A stretch of DNA of 46,797 nt. Source: Calditrichia bacterium. GTDB taxonomy: Bacteria; Calditrichota; Calditrichia; RBG-13-44-9. The position numbers and the translations under genes were made by a program. Each line of letters starts with the position of its first letter. Positions within the stretch are counted from its first letter, which is position 1. The notes below the pieces were generated by a model that did not search any database, was not told the origin of the DNA, and saw only the letters and a program-made list of their open reading frames with translations. Shown here one piece after another: positions 1-8,254 of the stretch. Where the stretch lies: positions 13,630-60,426 of the forward strand of contig JARRQT010000021.1 in assembly GCA_037381445.1 (NCBI GenBank), in the 5' to 3' direction.

Positions 1-92
1 AAGAGAAATGAACATCTGTTCAGAACCTTTTAAGGGAATTAATTACGAGCAGGATGCTCAAAGTGGAGTATAAATTGGTAAGGAGGTTAGCC

Positions 93-404
93 ATGTGGGC
101 AAGTTGGATGAGTTTCATAATAGGTATTTGGCTGTTTGTTTCTGGTTGGATTCCTGGTCTTGAAGGTGAAGTGAATATGATTATAGCCGGTGCGCTTGCT
201 TTTATGTTTGGCTTTATAGCTTATAAAACATGGCAAGGCGTCATAAATGGCTTACTGGGAGCATGGATATTCGTCAGCGGAATCTGGTTTGGATTAGATA
301 ATCCTGCGAACTATCTGATTATTGGTGTGGCAATGGCAATTCTGGGTCTTTGGGGTGCTTTACCCCACGAGCACGAACACCATGTTGAACATACAACGGC
401 CTAA
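93..404 (+). CDS. SPW-repeat-like small membrane protein with His-rich C-terminus
   Basis: AGGAGG RBS at 81-86 precedes ATG at 93, so the track start at 54 is probably too early. Two repeats, GIWLFVSGWI and GAWIFVSGIW, and about 4 hydrophobic segments. Tail HEHEHHVEH. Confidence 0.7.
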   Translation: MWASWMSFIIGIWLFVSGWIPGLEGEVNMIIAGALAFMFGFIAYKTWQGVINGLLGAWIFVSGIWFGLDNPANYLIIGVAMAILGLWGALPHEHEHHVEHTTA

Positions 405-421
405 AGCCTTTCCAAACTGAG

Positions 422-451
422 CTCCCCCTTCTTAAAAGGGGGAGTTTTTTT
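422..451 (+). terminator. Intrinsic terminator
   Basis: ctccccctt-cttaa-aagggggag stem-loop followed by T7, just after the SPW gene. Confidence 0.85.
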
Positions 452-579
452 ATGTACATGAATCAAATCAAACATTTCACGACATTATAATTCACACAAT
501 CAGTCAAATTCATCCTGTTTTCAAATGAAGGAACTTCATAATTTCATGACATGGGGATGTCTCCAAATGCTTTCCATTA

Positions 580-3357
580 TCAGACGTAACCGAACAGCAT
601 GCTATAGATGATCAACAGAATCAGCAGGATACCCAACGTCAAAAAACTATAGCCAAATATCCGTACCAGCAGCATCCTTCGGGGTGAAACTTCTTTAAGA
701 AATACACTTTTCTTTAGTTTTCCGCTTTCTTTGAGCTCCCGGTATTCTTCCGGGCGGTCATGTTTATATTCATCCACCGGGACCAGGCCGGTAAAAATAA
801 CTGGATCGAGAGGAAAGGATTCCGGCCTCAAATGGGTGTTAAAAAAGTGAACCGTAAAAATAAATCCAACCGCCAGCAGGGCTTCATCGCTGTGAATGAT
901 GGTAGCAACATTAATAAACCAGCCCGGGAAGAATTTGGTGAAGAATTCCGGGAACCAGAGGATCAATCCAGAGAATCCGATAATTGCCACTCCCCAGAAC
1001 ACCGCCAGATAATCGAACTTTTCCCAATAGGTCCAGCGTCCGTAGGCGGGCCGCGGCCCAAGACGCAGGAACCACTTCACCGTACCAACAAAATCTTTTA
1101 AATCCTTCCTATTAAACCACATGGAATTTTTGCCGAAAATCAGTTCCCGCCAGGAGGTCTTATTCTTTATTTTCGTCCGGACCACGGTAAAGAGATGGGT
1201 AAAGAAATACCCAAACGTAATAACAGCGGAAATGCGGTGTATTTTGCCCGCCACACCCACGCCTCCCAGCAGATTTGCAAGGGTCTGAGCCCAGGGCATG
1301 GCCGCGAATTTCAGCATCATTCCTGTGAGGGCCAAACCCATAAAGCTCAGTATGACAAACAAATGGGTCAGCCGCTGTGTGGAAGTAAACCTTTGGATAT
1401 AATACCTCTTGTGCAGGGTCTTGACCATTCTCTTTTCTTTCAGATGGGCAAATGAGCGGGGCAGCCACAGCAGCGTATGGGCACCGAAAGTGGTGAACAC
1501 ACCCAGCAGAAGAGTGGTCATGGCCCAGAAAGTGAAGTGAAGAATAGGATATTTCTTTTTGTCATGGTGGGTGGCATGGGTCAAATATCCCGTAAAGCGG
1601 CGATTTGCATCCGGATGGCATTTCTGACAGGTCTGGACCACGTTATTATACCCCACATGCGAATTCGCATTGTCCACATCCAGAATATCATGAGCGCCGT
1701 GGCAATCGGAACACTTTGCCGCTTTCAGATAACCCAGTGTATAGGCTTTCCCGTGGATAGTCTGTCCATAGGTTTCCGCCAGATCATTATGACAGCTTCC
1801 GCACTGGTGGGTAACCTCTGTCAGGAATTGATCCTGCTGAATCTCCTTGATCTTATGGGCGGAGTGACAATCCTCGCAGGTCGGCAGTTTCTTATCCGTT
1901 TTGCTGACATTGGGACTGTGGATACTGGTAACGAACTCCTTGTAGATGCCCCGGTGGCAAGTTGCGCAGGTGGCCGGCACATTTTTGTAATAAACCGTCG
2001 AACGCTCGTCGGTGGTTTTCAGAATATAATGGGAAGTATGACAGTCAGTACACACTGCGCTGGGAAGCAATCCTTTCTTAATAAGTCCCAAACCGTGCAC
2101 ACTGGTGGAATAATCTACAAGTTCATGTCCGGTAAGCACACTGGTGCTATCGGAAGCATTCTCCAGCTTTTTGTGGCAGTCGCCGCACAACTGGGGAATA
2201 TTGGTCCGGTAGGTTCTGTCCTCTTCATTCAGATGCGACAATATCTGATGCTTGCCATGGCAGTCCGTGCAATAGGGGGAATTCGGAACCTTCTCGAAAA
2301 ATCCCTTTCCGTGATCGCTTTCGAAATAATTCTCCGCTACCTGGGCGTGGCATTTCGAGCAATCCACTCTTCCGGCGGTATCGCAGGGACGGGTGTGCTG
2401 GGGTTCAATATCCGAATGGCATTTAACACAGGGAATGTTTTTGTGAACCGAATTTTGAATATCTTCCCGGTTAACATGCATCGAAATAGTTTTTCCGTCC
2501 ATTACCTTACGAATATCTTCCTTGGCGTGGCACTTGAGGCATTCCTTATCCCCTGTCCGCAGAACCAGGTTGGCCTTTTTCACTTTATGGGGCTGATGGC
2601 AATCCGTGCAGGCCGGAATGGCGCCGGGCTGCTTTTCCCATAATTCACCCCGAATGACTTTCACATGCACTTCTTCAATCCGGGCATGGCACTGGGTACA
2701 GGTTTTCGCAATATTCTGCACCGAAATGGACGATTTGGGATTGGTATGGGGAAGAATAAGGTGGTCGCCATGGCAATTGTTGCAGGTAGCGGTAACAATC
2801 AGTCCCTGCTTGAAGAGACCGGTTCCGTGGATACTCTGGGAGTAGTTGCTTAAAATGTCTTTCTCAGGAATGTTGTATACCCTGGCGACCGGCGCACCCT
2901 CGCGATGACATTTACCGCACAGAACGGGAATATTCATTTTGTAGGTTTTGGACTCGGGATTGGCGGGCGGAAGGATATCATGTACGCCGTGACATTCTTT
3001 GCAGGTCGGTGCATAGGGAGCGCCTCGTTTCAGGGCGATCCCGTGTATGCCCTGGTAGAATTCTTCGCCCTCATCGGAATGGCAATTGGCGCAGTCGACT
3101 TCGGCCAATTTCTCGGGATGGGGAAAATCTTCCACATCTGCATCGTAGTGACAGTCCACACAATCCAGGTTCTTATGAACAGATTTCGAGAAAACACCAA
3201 AATTTACAAAAGCGGAGACAGTCCGTCCCTGGCGCTCCATTGTGAGGTCCGGATCGGAATGGCACATCTGGCAGTCTTCATTCGTGGCCGAGAAAGAGTG
3301 GTTAATCAGAAAACTGCATAACAGGATGATTGCAGCGTAAAGCGTCGTTTGTTTCAT
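580..3357 (-). CDS. Multiheme cytochrome c (19 CxxCH) fused to FdnI/HydC-type di-heme cytochrome b (CbcL-like putative quinol oxidoreductase)
   Basis: Sec signal peptide, 19 CxxCH motifs counted by hand, and a C-terminal membrane domain with b-heme His candidates (QRLTH, GKIH, TIIHSDEA, TVHFFNTH) and the motif GRWTYWEKFDY. Confidence 0.9.
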   Translation of the reverse strand: MKQTTLYAAIILLCSFLINHSFSATNEDCQMCHSDPDLTMERQGRTVSAFVNFGVFSKSVHKNLDCVDCHYDADVEDFPHPEKLAEVDCANCHSDEGEEFYQGIHGIALKRGAPYAPTCKECHGVHDILPPANPESKTYKMNIPVLCGKCHREGAPVARVYNIPEKDILSNYSQSIHGTGLFKQGLIVTATCNNCHGDHLILPHTNPKSSISVQNIAKTCTQCHARIEEVHVKVIRGELWEKQPGAIPACTDCHQPHKVKKANLVLRTGDKECLKCHAKEDIRKVMDGKTISMHVNREDIQNSVHKNIPCVKCHSDIEPQHTRPCDTAGRVDCSKCHAQVAENYFESDHGKGFFEKVPNSPYCTDCHGKHQILSHLNEEDRTYRTNIPQLCGDCHKKLENASDSTSVLTGHELVDYSTSVHGLGLIKKGLLPSAVCTDCHTSHYILKTTDERSTVYYKNVPATCATCHRGIYKEFVTSIHSPNVSKTDKKLPTCEDCHSAHKIKEIQQDQFLTEVTHQCGSCHNDLAETYGQTIHGKAYTLGYLKAAKCSDCHGAHDILDVDNANSHVGYNNVVQTCQKCHPDANRRFTGYLTHATHHDKKKYPILHFTFWAMTTLLLGVFTTFGAHTLLWLPRSFAHLKEKRMVKTLHKRYYIQRFTSTQRLTHLFVILSFMGLALTGMMLKFAAMPWAQTLANLLGGVGVAGKIHRISAVITFGYFFTHLFTVVRTKIKNKTSWRELIFGKNSMWFNRKDLKDFVGTVKWFLRLGPRPAYGRWTYWEKFDYLAVFWGVAIIGFSGLILWFPEFFTKFFPGWFINVATIIHSDEALLAVGFIFTVHFFNTHLRPESFPLDPVIFTGLVPVDEYKHDRPEEYRELKESGKLKKSVFLKEVSPRRMLLVRIFGYSFLTLGILLILLIIYSMLFGYV

Positions 3358-3645
3358 CCATGAGCCCTTTGATTTGAGGGAACTTTTATTTATTTAAGAT
3401 ATTCACAAATTATCGCGAAGCGGTCTCAACAAAACATGTCTGCAGGAGCTTTTGTTAAAAATAATTCTTTCACTATACTGAAATGAATATATTATTTTAA
3501 ACAAATATAGTCAATAAATTTTTAATTTTTACAGGAATATAGTATTTTAAATTCTTTCCGGCCAAATATAACTTTCTAAAACTTTTTTTGCGCAATTTCC
3601 GTATTTGGCCTTAAATTACGGTTCACAGAGCAGAGGAGACTAACC

Positions 3646-6267
3646 TTGCCGGAAATTAAATTCCGTGTCGGAGACAGGTTTTCGGATTTTTTATCCAGAG
3701 TTCAGCAGGAAAAATATTTTAATATTACTTTTTTCATTCATATTTTCGGCTGGTTCATCAGTTTATATGCCTCCCTGGCGACTTTAAAGTACGGTTTCCC
3801 TTCGCTCATTCCTTTCATTATCCTGCTCTATTATTTTTGGTACAAAGTCCTTAACCACTTCTACAGACGAGTGAAACCGCCCACCGAATTTCTGCTGGCC
3901 GCCTTTCTGCTTTTCTACCTGTTGGAAATGCTCTGGATGGATGTCTTTCCTTCCCTGGCACTGCTTCAACAGCTTCCCGATCAGTTTCCGGGCATACCGG
4001 CAAGCGCAATTCAAATCCTGTTGCTGGGATTTCTTATTCTGATTTTCAGCATCATTCTGGTCATGAACAATGAGGGAAAAAAAGGATTTCTTTACAGCTA
4101 TGTTATCCTCGCATTTATTGGCATTCGCGTTTTGCCCACCGGGGCTAATTTTCAATGGTATATCTTCGAATTCATTCTGGTTCTGGTTCTGTTTCGTAAA
4201 ACAAACTGGACCGAACAGCTTACCCGCGTCGAGTGCTGGGTATATCTTCTCATTTTTATCGGGCTTTATTTCAGCTTCTCCGATGCGGGTAAGTTATATC
4301 ACCCCTCCCATTTTACGACCGGTTTTTATATCTGGCATTCTCTGCCACGGTTCATTCTGTTACTGTTCAAACTTTATCTGCTGGCGATTCTGATTAAGCT
4401 CCCTTTTGTGCTCATCTATCACCATGCAGGGCTTTCCCGAAAACTTCGTATCGCGGGCTGGTTTCAGTCCGGTTTTCCCCAACTGTTTCAGTTAATCATT
4501 CTCCTGTTAATGTTCTATTTCTTCATTGCGGGCTGGCAGGCAGAGAACGTTTTAAACTCGCTTGATGATCAGCTTGATAAAATTGAAGCAGGCAACCGGA
4601 GCTATCCGGAACAGTATTACACTTTTTCACTGGACAGCCTCGGGTCGCAGATTACAATTCCCGGTTACCAGTCGGTCCCGCTAGAAAATTCAGTCCCTTC
4701 GAGCGGTATCCTGCAGCTCGACAGAACTGAAACGGATACAGCAGGCCAGCAACTTTTCAGTTACTTCATGTTTTTCAAGGGGACTCCCAATCTGTATTTC
4801 GTGAAACTGGATACCACATTCCTGCAGGGAATGACGGAGCACCTGCCTCTCATCGCCGCTTCCCGGCTTATTTCCTACCCATTCAAATTTAGCGACTGGG
4901 ACTCCCTGCTTTATCAAATCAGGGGATTTGACATTTCATCATACAACAACGATTTTCGTGTATTTCCTTTTGCCTTTGTTCCCTACCGGGCATCACACAT
5001 CATTTCGGTCCCGCTGGCCCCGCGCGGGGAAAAGAGCGAATCCTCCGGGGAACACCGCATACTTATTTTCCATCGGGACACATTTGTGCTGGGCAGAATA
5101 TTCGGCCCTTTCTATAAAAACAGCTTTGTTCAAAACGGATACTGGGCTTTCGATATTGCCATCCTTCCCACCACTTCCTTTCTGACCTCTCCGCTGATGC
5201 GGCAGGTTTATTTCTGGTTGGTCATTTACCTGCTGATCAATTTCCTTATCATTCGCCGGGTCATCAAATTTGGAAATCAGATCAATCAAATGATCGTCCA
5301 GAAATTCAATCAGCTGAAAAGCGGGATTCGCCAGATATCGGAGGGAAAACTCGATTACAAGATTCATCTGGAAGGGGAAGATGAATTCGTGGAACTGGCG
5401 GAGCGTTTTAACCAGATGGGCGAAGATCTCCAGAAAACCATCAATGAAGTTCGCGAAAAGGACCGCTTCGAATATGAACTCAAAATCGCCCGGGAGGTGC
5501 AGCTCAGTCTCCTGCCCGCTTCCCTCCCCGATGTTCCGGGATATAATATTACGGCGGGCCTCCGCACGGCCAATGAGGTTGGCGGCGACTTTTACGATGT
5601 CAGCCAACTGGACGAGCATCGTCTGCTTTTTGTTATTGGTGATGTCTCAGGGAAAGGCACTTCGGCGGCCTTCTATATGGCGCAATGCATCAGCCTTTTC
5701 CGTTTTGCCCGGCAGTTTTCCGATCAGCCCAAGGAAATCCTGGTCCGTCTGAATAAATATTTTTCCGATCCAATGGTGGACCGCCAGGTCTTCGTGACTG
5801 CGCTGATCGGAATTCTGGATACCAAAAATCACTCCCTGCAGATTATCCGGGCGGGACATACCCGGCCCATCTTTGTTCCGGGAGACTACCTTCAGGATGT
5901 TCAGGAACTGGAGTCGGCCGGTCTCGGGATAGGCCTGGAGCGGAGCGGCGAAATTTTCCAGACTATGCTGGATGAGCGCTCATTCAGCATGGATCCCGGT
6001 GATACGTTTATATTTTATACCGATGGTGTGGTGGAAGCCGCCCGAAAATCTCATACCGCAGCATCCGGGGACGAAATGGAGTTTTTTGGTGAGGATGAAC
6101 TCAAATCCACACTTTATCGTTCCCGCGGCAAGAATGCGCAGGATATTTTGCGGAATATTTCCGCCGAGCTGGAAAATTTTTACGGGGGCAGTTCTCCCGT
6201 CGACGATTATACGCTGCTGATCATCCAGAGAAAGGCCGGAACAAAGGACAATCCAGCAACCACGTGA
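3646..6267 (+). CDS. Membrane-bound HAMP + PP2C/SpoIIE (RsbU-like) Ser/Thr phosphatase
   Basis: Multi-TM N-terminus, a soluble extracytoplasmic segment, HAMP (GEDEFVELAERFNQM) and PP2C motifs GGDFYD, GDVSGKG, YTDGV, DDYT. TTG start with GAGGAG RBS. Confidence 0.9.
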   Translation: MPEIKFRVGDRFSDFLSRVQQEKYFNITFFIHIFGWFISLYASLATLKYGFPSLIPFIILLYYFWYKVLNHFYRRVKPPTEFLLAAFLLFYLLEMLWMDVFPSLALLQQLPDQFPGIPASAIQILLLGFLILIFSIILVMNNEGKKGFLYSYVILAFIGIRVLPTGANFQWYIFEFILVLVLFRKTNWTEQLTRVECWVYLLIFIGLYFSFSDAGKLYHPSHFTTGFYIWHSLPRFILLLFKLYLLAILIKLPFVLIYHHAGLSRKLRIAGWFQSGFPQLFQLIILLLMFYFFIAGWQAENVLNSLDDQLDKIEAGNRSYPEQYYTFSLDSLGSQITIPGYQSVPLENSVPSSGILQLDRTETDTAGQQLFSYFMFFKGTPNLYFVKLDTTFLQGMTEHLPLIAASRLISYPFKFSDWDSLLYQIRGFDISSYNNDFRVFPFAFVPYRASHIISVPLAPRGEKSESSGEHRILIFHRDTFVLGRIFGPFYKNSFVQNGYWAFDIAILPTTSFLTSPLMRQVYFWLVIYLLINFLIIRRVIKFGNQINQMIVQKFNQLKSGIRQISEGKLDYKIHLEGEDEFVELAERFNQMGEDLQKTINEVREKDRFEYELKIAREVQLSLLPASLPDVPGYNITAGLRTANEVGGDFYDVSQLDEHRLLFVIGDVSGKGTSAAFYMAQCISLFRFARQFSDQPKEILVRLNKYFSDPMVDRQVFVTALIGILDTKNHSLQIIRAGHTRPIFVPGDYLQDVQELESAGLGIGLERSGEIFQTMLDERSFSMDPGDTFIFYTDGVVEAARKSHTAASGDEMEFFGEDELKSTLYRSRGKNAQDILRNISAELENFYGGSSPVDDYTLLIIQRKAGTKDNPATT

Positions 6268-6291
6268 TGGAAATGAAATTCGAGGATTAAT

Positions 6292-6849
6292 TTGTCAGTA
6301 CCGGAAATTATCGGACTTGCGCTGGGCCTCGCCATGGATGCCTTTGCGGTTGCCATATCTACCGGATTTATTTTGCCGGAAATCTCTCCCCGCCACTATT
6401 TTCGCCTGAGTTTTCATTTCGGGCTCTTCCAGGCCCTGATGCCGATCGTGGGCTGGCTGGCCGGCCGAACAGTGGCGGAGGTTATCGTGCAATGGAATCA
6501 CTGGATCGCGTTTGCTTTGCTGGCCTATGTGGGCGGAAGAATGATCTATGAATCCTTCACGAACCGGGAAGAGAAGAATCCAAGCGATCCTACCCGCGGG
6601 GTACGACTGGTGGTCCTTTCGGTGGCGACCAGTCTGGATGCGCTGGCCATTGGATTAAGCCTGGCTATTCTGGGAGTAGACATCATCCTGCCGGCCATTT
6701 ACATCGGGATCATTACCATGGTGCTGACCTTCCTCGGCATGCGACTGGGGCGCCGGTTGGGAAGGCTTTTCGGAAGCTGGGTGGAGAAAATCGGCGGAGT
6801 CATTTTAATTGGCATCGGCATCAAAATTCTGATCGACCATTTGGTTTGA
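6292..6849 (+). CDS. mntP: Manganese efflux pump MntP
   Basis: LAMDAFAVA and ATSLDALAIG duplicated motifs, FGLFQALMP, 185-aa hydrophobic protein. Confidence 0.92.
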   Translation: MSVPEIIGLALGLAMDAFAVAISTGFILPEISPRHYFRLSFHFGLFQALMPIVGWLAGRTVAEVIVQWNHWIAFALLAYVGGRMIYESFTNREEKNPSDPTRGVRLVVLSVATSLDALAIGLSLAILGVDIILPAIYIGIITMVLTFLGMRLGRRLGRLFGSWVEKIGGVILIGIGIKILIDHLV

Positions 6850-6869
6850 TAAACTTCCTCCAGCAGTCC

Positions 6870-6906
6870 AAAAAAAGGGGGGAAGTATCGGATACCTGTT
6901 CCCCTT
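6870..6906 (-). terminator. Possible terminator between convergent mntP and wHTH genes
   Basis: A-run followed by an imperfect ggggaa...ttcccc stem. Confidence 0.4.
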
Positions 6907-6919
6907 ATAAATTGCTTTT

Positions 6920-7105
6920 TCACGCTTCAGCGGGAGAATAGAAACAGCGTTTGGGCGAAATGACCTTGCCCTCCTTTTTCAGGTCCGCAATAATTTTGGA
7001 AACTTCCTTGCTGTCCAGTCCGGTTTCTTTGGCAACATCACCCGGGCGAACCGGTTTGCCGGCTGTTTTCATCGCATTTAAAACCACGCTCTTTGCATCA
7101 GCCAT
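6920..7105 (-). CDS. Small stand-alone winged helix-turn-helix protein
   Basis: GAGGA RBS. RPGDVAKETGLDSKEVSKIIADLKKEGKV fits an HTH plus wing ending SPKRCFY. Confidence 0.8.
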   Translation of the reverse strand: MADAKSVVLNAMKTAGKPVRPGDVAKETGLDSKEVSKIIADLKKEGKVISPKRCFYSPAEA

Positions 7106-7249
7106 TTTTCCTCCTCTGTAATTTTGGATCGAAATTTTTTGATTCTGTCAAATGAAAAATTATGAACTCCAAAAATAGATTTAAATTTATTTGAGTACGA
7201 TTTTCAGGCTTGCCCAATCTTCAGGTTTTACCAATATGCGGCATTACTC

Positions 7250-7732
7250 TCAAAATAATCCTGAAATCATTTCGCAGATTTTTTCCAGATATCTGCGGTC
7301 ATCGTCATTGAACGGAGAAAGTTTGTGTGAATCGATATCCAGTTCGCCAATCACCCGTCCTTCCTTAAAAATGGGAACCACAATTTCCGATTTCACATTA
7401 ATGCTGCAGGACAGGTAATTGGATTCCTTCGAGACATCCTGAATCACAAAAGTCTCCTCGCGGTCCGCTGCCTGTCCGCAAATGCCCTGCCCGAATCCGA
7501 TCCGGGTATGATCGGTAGGATCTCCCACGTAAGGGCCCAAAACCAGTTCCCGATCATTCTGCGCATCCACCAAATAAAAACCCACCCAGTTGTAATAGGG
7601 AATTCTTTCCGCCAGCAGTTGGCACACAGCCAGCAGGGTCTTATCACGCCTGCCTGCCCTGGCGATAATCTTTTCTGTTTCGCTCACGACATCTTCAAAC
7701 AGTGCCGATTTGTTTTCGATCTTCGTCTCCAT
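7250..7732 (-). CDS. msrC: GAF-domain free methionine-R-sulfoxide reductase (MsrC/YebR family)
   Basis: NWVGFY, LGPYVG, GQGICGQAA, NYLSC, SEIVVP and LDIDS motifs. Confidence 0.8.
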   Translation of the reverse strand: METKIENKSALFEDVVSETEKIIARAGRRDKTLLAVCQLLAERIPYYNWVGFYLVDAQNDRELVLGPYVGDPTDHTRIGFGQGICGQAADREETFVIQDVSKESNYLSCSINVKSEIVVPIFKEGRVIGELDIDSHKLSPFNDDDRRYLEKICEMISGLF

Positions 7733-8254
7733 GAATCAGTTATCACTCCCTAATAATTATCAAAAATTCAGTCCAAAATTTAATCATTTCCGTTTAAAAG
7801 CAGTAAACAAATTTTTGTTCTGTCAATTTATTTTTCAATTTGTACACAAAACAAAGAATCTTTCAACTTAATTCAATTTTATTTGTCAAAAATATATTAT
7901 CAAAACATTTTTTGGCATGAATTCTCATTGCATCACATTTCTTTTCCTTTATATTTAAAATTATTTTGAATATGCAGCATTTGAAACAAACAACCTTTTT
8001 CTATACTTTGATTCGGAAATTAGCGGATTTTCCAATTATACTGTGTGTTCTGACTGAGATAGCGTTGACTCCTCCGAGCCATTTATTTATAGATTACTGA
8101 GCTGACATATTATTTGATCACCGATTTTCATTCATTCTGGTATATTCCGCCGTTTCCTGTCCGGGCCAAACAGCAGTGGGGGCATTTATTTGAATAATCT
8201 AAATGTTGTAATACTCATATTAACATTCAAAAATATTATACAGGAGGTTATGTC

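Noticed and set aside
1477..2643. 388-aa plus-strand ORF, and other long antisense ORFs such as 44444-45799, 9413-10210 and 31674-32408
   Set aside because: They are shadow frames opposite well-supported genes, with no motifs or RBS
7913..7932. TGGCATGAATTCTCATTGCA upstream of acs as a sigma54 promoter or Fur box
   Set aside because: Spacing is GG-N14-GC, and only a half match to the TGAGA-N5-TCTCA motif
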